A stretch of 64,000 bases of DNA, taken from assembly GCA_965217895.1 (NCBI GenBank), contig CBDCJV010000002.1, positions 1,824,001-1,888,000 on the forward strand, written 5' to 3'. The position numbers and the translations under genes are program-made. The number at the start of each line of letters is the position of its first letter. The stretch's first letter is position 1. The DNA comes from Waterburya sp. (lineage in GTDB: Bacteria > Cyanobacteriota > Cyanobacteriia > Cyanobacteriales > Xenococcaceae). This document shows, in pieces, positions 10,881 through 19,539 of the stretch. The notes beneath the pieces were generated by a model. It did not search any database. It saw nothing but the letters and a program-made list of their open reading frames with translations, and had not been told where the DNA came from.

Positions 10881-11084
10881 TCAATTTGGAATAACGTTTA
10901 CCGCACAAGGCCCTTTTTTACCTTGTCCGACTTCATATTCCACTTTTTGTCCCTCTTTAAGAGTAGTATCGCGATCGCCTTGAATTTCGGTGGCATGAAC
11001 AAAAAGATCTTTGCCTCCGTCATCTTGAAGTATAAAACCAAAGCCTTTTTCGTCATTAAAGAACTTTACAGTACCTGTACTCAT
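10881..11084 (-). CDS. cspA: cold-shock domain protein, CspA family
   Basis: 67 aa; [15 protein letters not shown] (RNP1), DLFVHATEI (RNP2), [10 protein letters not shown]. Confidence 0.93.
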   Translation of the reverse strand: MSTGTVKFFNDEKGFGFILQDDGGKDLFVHATEIQGDRDTTLKEGQKVEYEVGQGKKGPCAVNVIPN

Positions 11085-11403
11085 GCAGTTTTCTCTTTGC
11101 TAAATAAATAATCCAGTAGCTTGAAGTGTATCGCAAAAGTAACTAAAAATATCTAGTTTTACCCGAAGCAGATCGCGCCAAACTTGAAATTTACGGTAAA
11201 ACGTCAGTTCGCCGAAATTTACTTAATGTTAAGCCGTTTTAGTAAAATTTTTTGTTAATTTAATTTCAAGTTACCGACTCGTAAAACTAAAAATAAACGA
11301 TATCAGTAACTTTGCTTATAAATGCGATCGCGGAGACTAATATTGCTCACTTTAAAGTAGTTTTGAGCAACAAGTAAAATAAATAGCGAGACTTAAACAA
11401 TTT

Positions 11404-14340
11404 TTAAGCTCTTTTAACTTCTAAATCAGCAGCAATAGGGTGTTTTTGCAGAACTTGTTTTAAATATTTTGCTGTATAAGAATTTTTATTCTCAGCTACT
11501 TCTTCTGGTGTACCTGTGGCGATAATGTGTCCGCCTTTATCGCCTCCTTCAGGGCCAAGATCGATAATCCAGTCCGAACAACGGATAACGTCTAAGTTAT
11601 GTTCAATAACAATTAAGGAGTTGCCTTTATCTACCAGACGTTGCAGCACGTTTAAAAGATGATGCACATCGTAAAAGGATAAGCCCGTAGTAGGTTCATC
11701 AATTAAGTAAAGAGTTTTACCTGTGGCACGACGGGATAATTCTGAGGCTAGCTTAACTCTTTGTGCCTCGCCTCCTGAAAGAGTGGGGGCAGGCTGTCCG
11801 AGTTTGACATAACCTAAGCCTACATCCATTAGAGTTTGCAATCTATTAGCAGCACGAGGAATATTTTTAAAGATTTCTGCTGCCTCTTCTACCGTCATGT
11901 CTAAAACATCGGCAATAGAATAGTTTTTATACTTAACCTGGAGAGTTTCACGGTTATATCTTGCCCCCTTGCAGACATCACACTGTACATAGACATCAGG
12001 TAAAAAATTCATTTCGATGACATTGACTCCTTGTCCGCTACAGGCTTCGCAGCGTCCACCCTTAACGTTAAAAGAAAATCGCCCTGCTTTGTAACCTCTG
12101 GCTTTGGCTTCAATAGTTTCCACAAAGATTGCCCGAATGGCATCAAATACCCCTGTATAGGTAGCCGTGTTAGAACGAGGAGTCCGACCAATGGGAGATT
12201 GGTCTATAGTAATTACTTTATCGATCGCCTGTAAACCTTCTACTTCTCCTAGTTGTTTGGGGAAAGGAACTTTACGACTGAGGTAATGTTTTAAGGCGGG
12301 ATGGAGTATTTCATTGACTAGGGTAGATTTTCCTGAACCTGATACTCCAGTGATGCAGACGAATTTACCTAAAGGAATATTTACGTCAAGATGCTGAAGA
12401 TTATTTTGATGGCAGTCTTTAAGAGTTATGCAAATTGCTTTACCTCTTCTTCTCTCTTGAGGAGTAGCAATCACCCGTTTACCAGATAGATATGCCCCAG
12501 TTAAAGAAGCTTCTGAATTTAATAGGGTAGTTAAATCTCCCTGAGAAACAATCTCGCCACCATGTACCCCAGCTTTGGGTCCAATATCGACAATGCTATC
12601 GGCAGCCCGAATCGTGTCCTCGTCGTGTTCGACGACGATTAGGGTATTGCCCAAATCTCTGAGTTTTCTTAAGGTTCCTAGTAATTTATTGTTATCCCGT
12701 TGATGTAGACCGATACTCGGTTCATCAAGTACATATAATACTCCTGTTAAGCCCGCACCGATTTGGGTAGCCAAACGAATTCGCTGTGCTTCTCCTCCAG
12801 AAAGAGTCATAGCTGCACGATCTAAAGTTAAATAATCTAAACCCACATCTAGTAAAAACTGAAGGCGGGATCTGACTTCCTTAAGTGCCAATTCGCCAAT
12901 TAACGCCTGACGGTTACTCAACTTAAGGTCATTTACTCGCTCTAAACACTCTCGAATTGGTACACCTGCTAAATCATTGATGCGGTATTGTCCTAGACTA
13001 ACGGATAAAGAGGCTGGCTTGAGACGTTGACCATTGCAGGTTACACAAGGTTGATTGACAAGATACTGTTCTAGCTTACTCTTAATGGCATCAGAGTTCG
13101 TTTCTTGATAGTTACGCTGCAACATTTTCAGCACCCCTGAGTAGTGGCGATGATAGCCTTTTTTCTGACCGTTGCGACTGTCAGACTGAAAATACAGAGC
13201 TTCTGCTGCACCAAAAAGAATAACCTCCTGCTGTTCTTCTGTCAGCTTTGACCATTGAGTCTGAATCTCAAAACCAAACGCCTGTCCCACTCCATGCAAA
13301 AGAGAGAGATAGTAAGAATTATCTTTATCCGACCAAGGTGCGATCGCGCTATATACTGGTTGATGGGGATCGGGAACAACCAATTCAGGAGCAAAAGTTT
13401 TGTGGCTGCCTAAACCATGACAGTCAGGACAAGCACCATAGGGGGAATTGAAAGAAAACAAGCGAGGAGACAGTTCTTCGATCACCGCACCATGTTCGGG
13501 ACAGGCAAAGTTTTCGGAAAAGACAATCTTCGAGAGTTGCTCTTTAGCATCAGCAGCAGGAATAATTTCTATTTCAGCAATGCCTTCAGATAAATTCAGA
13601 CAAGTACCTAAAGAATCAGCTAGACGTTCGGTGATTCCTGGCTTTTTAACTAAACGATCTATAACTACTTCAATATCGTGCTTATAATTTTTATCTAGTT
13701 TAGTCCGATCGTCAAGCTGCTGCACTTCTCCATCGATTTTTACCCGTACAAAGCCTTGAGAAGCCAAACTAGACAACAATTGTTTGTGTGTCCCTTTATT
13801 ACTCCGCACCACGGGAGCAAGAATCATAAACTTAGTTTTATCGGGTAGTTCCATAATGCGATCGCACATCTCATCAATAGTCTGTGGTACTATAGAACGA
13901 TCGCACCTAGGACAGTGAGGTTCACCAGCTCTACCAAACAGCAACCTTAAATAATCATATATTTCTGTAACCGTCCCGACAGTAGAACGAGGATTATGAG
14001 AGGTGGACTTTTGATCGATAGAAATTGCAGGACTCAACCCTTCAATGGCATCCACATCGGGCTTATCTAGCTGTCCTAGAAACTGACGGGCATACGCACT
14101 AAGAGACTCCACATATCGTCTTTGTCCCTCGGCAAAAATAGTATCAAACGCCAAGGAAGATTTACCCGAACCTGAAACTCCAGTAAAGACAATCAGCTTG
14201 TTGCGAGGTAACTCTAAGTCAATATTTTTAAGATTATGTTGTCTTGCACCTTTAATACGAATGACATTTTCTGCTAAAGATTCTGGCTGAATTTTGCTTT
14301 TTTTACCGTTAGGTTTTGAACCGTTGCTGGAGGGAGACAT
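11404..14340 (-). CDS. uvrA: excinuclease ABC subunit A
   Basis: two Walker A motifs GVSGSGKS, two LSGGEAQR, zinc fingers; ATG at 14340 preferred over TTG at 14358. Confidence 0.98.
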   Translation of the reverse strand: MSPSSNGSKPNGKKSKIQPESLAENVIRIKGARQHNLKNIDLELPRNKLIVFTGVSGSGKSSLAFDTIFAEGQRRYVESLSAYARQFLGQLDKPDVDAIEGLSPAISIDQKSTSHNPRSTVGTVTEIYDYLRLLFGRAGEPHCPRCDRSIVPQTIDEMCDRIMELPDKTKFMILAPVVRSNKGTHKQLLSSLASQGFVRVKIDGEVQQLDDRTKLDKNYKHDIEVVIDRLVKKPGITERLADSLGTCLNLSEGIAEIEIIPAADAKEQLSKIVFSENFACPEHGAVIEELSPRLFSFNSPYGACPDCHGLGSHKTFAPELVVPDPHQPVYSAIAPWSDKDNSYYLSLLHGVGQAFGFEIQTQWSKLTEEQQEVILFGAAEALYFQSDSRNGQKKGYHRHYSGVLKMLQRNYQETNSDAIKSKLEQYLVNQPCVTCNGQRLKPASLSVSLGQYRINDLAGVPIRECLERVNDLKLSNRQALIGELALKEVRSRLQFLLDVGLDYLTLDRAAMTLSGGEAQRIRLATQIGAGLTGVLYVLDEPSIGLHQRDNNKLLGTLRKLRDLGNTLIVVEHDEDTIRAADSIVDIGPKAGVHGGEIVSQGDLTTLLNSEASLTGAYLSGKRVIATPQERRRGKAICITLKDCHQNNLQHLDVNIPLGKFVCITGVSGSGKSTLVNEILHPALKHYLSRKVPFPKQLGEVEGLQAIDKVITIDQSPIGRTPRSNTATYTGVFDAIRAIFVETIEAKARGYKAGRFSFNVKGGRCEACSGQGVNVIEMNFLPDVYVQCDVCKGARYNRETLQVKYKNYSIADVLDMTVEEAAEIFKNIPRAANRLQTLMDVGLGYVKLGQPAPTLSGGEAQRVKLASELSRRATGKTLYLIDEPTTGLSFYDVHHLLNVLQRLVDKGNSLIVIEHNLDVIRCSDWIIDLGPEGGDKGGHIIATGTPEEVAENKNSYTAKYLKQVLQKHPIAADLEVKRA

Positions 14341-14557
14341 ACAGACAGTGCTTAACAATGCTTAAGAGTTCCTAATTATATTAGCGTTATCTAATAGTTA
14401 ATGGATTGAGTTAAATAATTGGATTGCTGTTGATGGCTTTATCTTATCTGCTTCAGCTTAAACCTAATTCCTCAGAAATAAAGCAATACGCATTTATATT
14501 AGGACACTCCCTGCGGGGGATACCCCTCGGCTACTTACGAGCAACTAAATTTTCTGT

Positions 14558-14776
14558 CCTGTCTTGGTGCGCGTACATGCGGCTAAAGCCTTTGTCTTGC
14601 GCATTTTGACGACGCGGTGAGACAGTTGCGTTGCGGTGAAGCAGTTGCGTTGGGCGGGTTTCCCGACTTGAGCAAACTGCTGAACCCGAAGGGGGTTTCC
14701 CCCGTTGAGGAGGGCGTGTCGTCGTAGCTTTGCTGCGACGTTTATACCGCCCGTCAAACTGTTGAACCCTTTAGGG
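14558..14776. repeat. composite GC-rich nested small dispersed repeats
   Basis: 58-bp unit (14636-14693) inserted in a sister unit (14617-14776), plus a 45-bp insert (14710-14754); 14558-14595 also matches 45314-45351. Confidence 0.8.
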
Positions 14777-14888
14777 GGTCGCACCGCTAACCGATTGACG
14801 TACTGCGATAAATTGTTTCTCTTTGACATTGCGAATCAAAACTCGTTAGATGCTCACGCTCATCTGTCTGGTTATCGGCGAATAATTA

Positions 14889-14897
14889 TGTTATGCT
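14889..14897 (+). promoter_or_regulatory. extended -10 element of ffs
   Basis: TGtTATGCT about 6 nt upstream of the SRP RNA 5' stem. Confidence 0.6.
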
Positions 14898-14902
14898 AAT
14901 TT

Positions 14903-15000
14903 GTGATTCGGACTCATGCAGTATTAACGCCCGAACCTTGTCAGAGCTTGACGGCAGCAGCAATAAGGGATGCTTAACACAGGCGTGATATCCGAATCAT
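14903..15000 (+). ncRNA. ffs: signal recognition particle 4.5S RNA
   Basis: terminal stem GTGATTCGGA/TCCGAATCAT; helix-8 signature CCGAACCTTGTCAGA-GCT-TGAC-GGC-AGCAGCAATAAGGGATGC; ~98 nt. Confidence 0.88.
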
Positions 15001-15006
15001 CATTAT

Positions 15007-15138
15007 TAAACCATGTCTATATTAAAAACAGTAGTTCTGATGAAGGCGAGATAGTATCAAATCAAAACTCGTTACTTGCTACTTGCTACTCAAAACAGTT
15101 AACTAAAAAATTACAGGTTTCAAACTAGATGCAGTTTA
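15007..15138. mobile_element. degenerate MITE-like element
   Basis: right end TTTCAAACTAGATGCAGTTTA; degenerate left end TAAACCATGTCTATATTAAAA; a sister end lies at 18103-18123. Confidence 0.5.
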
Positions 15139-15207
15139 ATAGCTCTGTTTCAAGACTCAAATCACTATGGTTCTTGGGATTAAATCACTGCCACAGATGT
15201 TGACCTA

Positions 15208-16032
15208 ATGTTGACAAAAAGGATAAAAAACATACCTAAGAAATTTATCGTTTTTCAATTGTTGATTTTAAGTTTAGTCAGTAGCTGTACTCAAACCGTT
15301 AATCGCCAGACAGTAGATAAACAACAAACTCCCGCAACAACGGAATTAACTATCTCTGCTGCTGCTAGTATGCAGGATGTATTAACTGATATTGAAGATC
15401 TTTATACTCAACAACATCCTCAAGTAAAGATAGCTCTTAATTTTGGTTCTTCTGGTTCTTTGGAAAATCAAATAGAACAAGGCGCGCCGATTGATATTTT
15501 TATTTCTGCTGCACCAAAGCAAATAAATGATTTAGAGGCTAAAAAGCTGCTACTCGCCACAACTCGCCAAGATTTAGTAGCAAACCAAATGGTGTTAATA
15601 GTACGGCCAGACAATCAATCAATTGTTGATTTTGCCGATTTAGCCAAAGAATCAACTAAGCAAATCGCTTTAGGAGAACCGACTAGTGTTCCTGCGGGAC
15701 AATATGCTGAAGAAATATTAACCAACCTAAATATTATTGATGCTGTTAGACCTAAAAGTGTTTATGGCAAAGATGTACGCCAAGTTTTAAGTTATGTGGA
15801 GACGGGCAATGTAGATGCAGGGATAGTTTATCGTACCGATGCAGAGTCTTCTAAACAAGTCAAAATTGTTGCTACTGCACCCGAAAAAAGCCATAGCCCT
15901 ATAATATATCCTGTTGCCGTAATTAAAGATAGCAATCATCCCCAAGCTGCGGAACAGATGCTTCAGTTTCTCTTTTCACCTGAAGCTCAGGCTATTTTTA
16001 AACAGTATGGTTTTGTGTCAATTAACAATTAA
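15208..16032 (+). CDS. modA: molybdate ABC transporter substrate-binding lipoprotein
   Basis: lipobox LVSSC, ISAAASMQD, NFGSSGSL, SVPAGQYA, GKDVRQVLSYVETGNVDAGIVY. Confidence 0.95.
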   Translation: MLTKRIKNIPKKFIVFQLLILSLVSSCTQTVNRQTVDKQQTPATTELTISAAASMQDVLTDIEDLYTQQHPQVKIALNFGSSGSLENQIEQGAPIDIFISAAPKQINDLEAKKLLLATTRQDLVANQMVLIVRPDNQSIVDFADLAKESTKQIALGEPTSVPAGQYAEEILTNLNIIDAVRPKSVYGKDVRQVLSYVETGNVDAGIVYRTDAESSKQVKIVATAPEKSHSPIIYPVAVIKDSNHPQAAEQMLQFLFSPEAQAIFKQYGFVSINN

Positions 16033-16055
16033 CAACTGAAGATACTTCATTGGCT

Positions 16056-16239
16056 GGCGTTGCTGAATCCAGGTATGATTCATAATTTTTACTCGTTGAG
16101 CAAATCAATTAAAAAGCTAAGAGCTGCAAGCTGGAGCTTGCCGACTCTCCTTCGGAGAGGCGAGGCTTTCCAAAGCCTCTAAGAGCTAATAGCTACGAAC
16201 AGATTACTTTTCGGTTTCATACTTCAAATCAGCAACGCC
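16056..16239. mobile_element. MITE between modA and modBC
   Basis: TIRs GGCGTTGCTGAATCCAGGTATGA / TCATACTTCAAATCAGCAACGCC; 8-bp flanking repeat CATTGGCT / CATTTGCT. Confidence 0.8.
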
Positions 16240-16274
16240 CATTTGCTTTACCCAAATTTGTACGATTAAATCTT

Positions 16275-18098
16275 TTGTTAAATAGCAGTGTTTTAGCTTC
16301 CGTTTGGATATCTCTCAAAACAGCAGTAGTCGCCACGATAATTACCTTCTGCTTGGGAGTTTTGGCTGCGTGGTGGATGAGTCGATATCGAGGTAAAGCT
16401 AAAGGCTTAATTGATGGCATCTTTACTGCGCCGTTAGTATTACCACCGACAGTAGTAGGATTTTTATTACTTTTGGCTTTGGGTAAAAATGGATTTTTGG
16501 GACAACTATTAGATTTAGTAGGCATACGAGTAATTTTTACCTGGTATGCTACCGTCATTGCAGCCACAGTAGTAGCTTTTCCTTTAATGTATAAGACTGC
16601 TTTAGCAGCATTCCAGCAAAATAATACTAATAGTAATCTCGTTGCTTGTGCGAGAACTTTAGGAGCTTCAGAAACCACTATTTTCTGGCGAATCATTTTA
16701 CCGTTAGCTAAACCTGGGCTGATTGCAGGAACTTTATTAGCTTTTGCTCGCGCTTTAGGCGAATTTGGGGCAACCTTGATGTTAGCAGGCAGTATTCCTG
16801 GTAAAACTCAAACCATACCAATTGCCATCTTTTTTGTTGCCGAAAGTGGGGCGATGGATCAAGCCTTATGGTTAGTAATTATATTGTTATTTATTTCTTT
16901 AGCCGTCATTATGGGGGTTAATTATTGGGAAAACAGAGAAAGTAGGGGCAAATGGTTGTTAACCCACAAGAAAGCTAGAGGCTATTCGCAAACAGCCTTT
17001 AGAAAAAGTAAGCAAATAGAAGAGATAAAGTTAGAGGTAGATATTCAAAAACAACTACCAGATTTTTTATTGGACATTACCTTTAAAATTGATAGCCAGC
17101 AAAATACTTTAGGAATACTAGGAAGTTCTGGAGCAGGAAAAACCACTCTTTTACGCTGTATTGCAGGATTAGACACTCCAGACCGAGGCAGAATTATCCT
17201 CAACAATCGAGTTTTATTTGATTCAGCCAAGGAAATTAACTTACCACCTCAAGAACGTACTGTGGGTTTAGTATTTCAAGATTATGCTCTTTTCTCTCAT
17301 CTTACTGTAGCTGAAAATATTGCTTTTGGGATGTCTGCTACACACTCAGCTTTGGTAATTCAGGAAGAAATAAATAAGCAATTAGAACAAGTAAATTTGT
17401 TGTCAAAAAGCGATCGCTTTTCTGCCCAGCTATCAGGAGGAGAACAGCAAAGAATCGCCTTAGCAAGAGCTTTAGCTAGCAATCCTGCTGTAACCTTACT
17501 AGATGAGCCATTTTCTGCTTTAGACACTAACTTAAAAGCTAGATTAATTAAATTGCTCCACAAGCGTTTAACTAATTATCCAGGCTTAACTCTATACGTT
17601 ACTCACAATTTGGCAGAGGCATATTATCTTTGTCCGCAATTATTAATTATCGATCGCGGCACAGCGATCGCTTTTGATCAAAAACAAAATATAATTAATC
17701 ATCCTCCTAACCTCAAAACGGCTCAAATAACAGGATGCAATAATTTTTCTCGTGCCAAGAAAACTTCACCGCAAACTATTAAAGCAGTAGATTGGCAATG
17801 CGAGCTACAGGTTGAGCATCCCATACCTAAAAACTTAAGCCAAATTGGTATTCATGCTCATGCAATTACCTTTACCAAGAATGAGTCAGGGGTAAATATA
17901 TTTCCCGTTTGGCTGGCTAAATATAGTGAATTTCCTAACAAAGTTATTGCGTATTTAAAACTTCATTCCACAATTAATAATTCAGAAGACTATCATTTAG
18001 AAGTGGAAGTAACTTTTTCTCAATGGCAACAGTTACAACAGCTAGCTTTACCTTGGCAGATACAATTACCTGCTAATCAAATAATAATGTTTAGCTAA
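16275..18098 (+). CDS. modBC: fused molybdate ABC permease/ATPase
   Basis: PLVLPPTVVGF and ARALGEFGAT, followed by GSSGAGKTT, LSGGEQQR, LLDEPFSALD. Confidence 0.93.
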   Translation: MLNSSVLASVWISLKTAVVATIITFCLGVLAAWWMSRYRGKAKGLIDGIFTAPLVLPPTVVGFLLLLALGKNGFLGQLLDLVGIRVIFTWYATVIAATVVAFPLMYKTALAAFQQNNTNSNLVACARTLGASETTIFWRIILPLAKPGLIAGTLLAFARALGEFGATLMLAGSIPGKTQTIPIAIFFVAESGAMDQALWLVIILLFISLAVIMGVNYWENRESRGKWLLTHKKARGYSQTAFRKSKQIEEIKLEVDIQKQLPDFLLDITFKIDSQQNTLGILGSSGAGKTTLLRCIAGLDTPDRGRIILNNRVLFDSAKEINLPPQERTVGLVFQDYALFSHLTVAENIAFGMSATHSALVIQEEINKQLEQVNLLSKSDRFSAQLSGGEQQRIALARALASNPAVTLLDEPFSALDTNLKARLIKLLHKRLTNYPGLTLYVTHNLAEAYYLCPQLLIIDRGTAIAFDQKQNIINHPPNLKTAQITGCNNFSRAKKTSPQTIKAVDWQCELQVEHPIPKNLSQIGIHAHAITFTKNESGVNIFPVWLAKYSEFPNKVIAYLKLHSTINNSEDYHLEVEVTFSQWQQLQQLALPWQIQLPANQIIMFS

Positions 18099-18176
18099 GA
18101 ACTAAACCGCATCTAGTTTGAAATGCGCAAATGCCTGGGTTTCAAATATCTGTTTGAGAGAGTAGAGAGTTGTATT

Positions 18177-18307
18177 ATATTAGGTTCGGATGAAGAGTTA
18201 AATTTAGGTAGGTAGAGTAGCAAGTAGCAGATAGCAAGTTTTTTAGACCCAGTTTTAATTATTTCATGGATACATATTGTATTAAAGCAATTATCCGAAC
18301 TTGATAT
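18177..18307. mobile_element. MITE-like element with internal heptamer repeats
   Basis: TIRs ATATTAGGTTCGGATGA / TTATCCGAACTTGATAT (14/17 match). Confidence 0.65.
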
Positions 18308-18391
18308 TAGACCTTTTCTAAATACAAAATTACCATCTCTAAATTAATTAGAATGACTATAGCTTTCAATATTTTAAAAACTATCTATTTT

Positions 18392-18721
18392 TCAATTGTT
18401 TCTAGTTATGGGTCTTTCCCCATCAATATCTAAAGTATCGACAACTTCGTATTTATTAGCCATGATGGGGCGTTCTCCGTCGTCTTGAAAAGTATCAACA
18501 ACTTTTACACCATGATTATTCGCAGGACGCTTACTGTCTTTTTCTTCTGGCTGATTTTGAGGTTTATTTGATTCTGAAGAATTATTTACCAGAAAATCAA
18601 GACTTTTAGCAATTGGCCGTTCTCCATCTTCTTGAAAAGTATCTACTATATCGATTTCACCTTCATCAATCGGACGAATACCATCTTCTTGAAAAGTTTT
18701 GTTTTCTTGTTGTTCGCTCAT
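18392..18721 (-). CDS. acidic repeat protein of unknown function
   Basis: four copies of (D)T(F/L)xxDGxRPI in 109 aa. Confidence 0.75.
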   Translation of the reverse strand: MSEQQENKTFQEDGIRPIDEGEIDIVDTFQEDGERPIAKSLDFLVNNSSESNKPQNQPEEKDSKRPANNHGVKVVDTFQDDGERPIMANKYEVVDTLDIDGERPITRNN

Positions 18722-18801
18722 GATCTTTGTATTTTTATTAAGGATATAGTTATTTAGCTTTTAGTAAGTAGTGAGTAGTAAGTAGTGAGTAGTTTTCTAT
18801 G

Positions 18802-18927
18802 CAATACCGTTCGTTTAAGCCCCCCAGCCCCCAACTTTGGGGGAGCTAGACTTGTGTAGCTGTCCCCCAGGATTGGGGGATTTAGGGGGCGGATGAAATA
18901 ACTTAAGAGACTAACCGAACAGTATTG
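18802..18927. mobile_element. MITE with 10-bp target duplication
   Basis: TIRs CAATACCGTTCGTTTAAG / CTAACCGAACAGTATTG; flanks GTTTTCTATG / GTTTTTTATG; internal C5/G5 palindromes. Confidence 0.8.
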
Positions 18928-19010
18928 GTTTTTTATGACTACTTACTACAAACCACGAACTACAAACTTCATTTCAATACCATTAAATAAATTGTTGTTC
19001 TCAAACTGTC

Positions 19011-19394
19011 TTAGTCGAAGAAATCTTTAACTGAATCTACGAAACTTTCCGACTTATCTCCTACAGTATCTTTAGCATCATCTAATTTGTTTTTAGCAGT
19101 GCCAATACCTTGCTTAGCTGAACCTTTTGCTTGGTTCAATGCACCTTCTGCCTTATTATCTATGTCGCTTGATGCTTTACGTTTGGCTGTACCCATGCCC
19201 TTTTGCATACCGCCTTCAACCTGATCGGAAATTCCCGATGCTGTTGCTGCTAGCAAAGGATTATTAAAAGTTTCTATATTTACTGAGGCATTAGCCGAAG
19301 CAGTAAAAGAATTAAAACCTATAAAGATAGTAAAGGCGATCGCGCTCAAGGCGATCGTTAATTTACCTGCATATATTTTGAATTTACTGATCAT
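19011..19394 (-). CDS. CsbD/LEA-like stress protein with N-terminal signal peptide
   Basis: signal-like N-terminus, KAEGALNQAKGSAKQGIGTAKNKLDDAKD repeats, ends VKDFFD. Confidence 0.7.
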   Translation of the reverse strand: MISKFKIYAGKLTIALSAIAFTIFIGFNSFTASANASVNIETFNNPLLAATASGISDQVEGGMQKGMGTAKRKASSDIDNKAEGALNQAKGSAKQGIGTAKNKLDDAKDTVGDKSESFVDSVKDFFD

Positions 19395-19539
19395 TTTTTG
19401 TCCTTTATCTAAAACGTAATGTTTATTGCTCTGTTCTTTAGCTTTAACAGTATATTTGGTATTTTATTTTATTTAATCATTCTAGAGTTAGAGATTAAGA
19501 AAAATTAAACTGCTCGCGTCTGTCTATCGCCCAACTTCA

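Noticed and set aside
14424..14899. ORFs 14424-14609, 14545-14829 and 14705-14899
   Set aside because: they span GC-rich nested repeats and show no protein features
15139..15207. Moco riboswitch upstream of modA
   Set aside because: short AT-rich leader without a recognisable structure; the structured RNA nearby is SRP RNA
16275..18098. ModB-ModC fusion as a novelty
   Set aside because: already known in cyanobacteria
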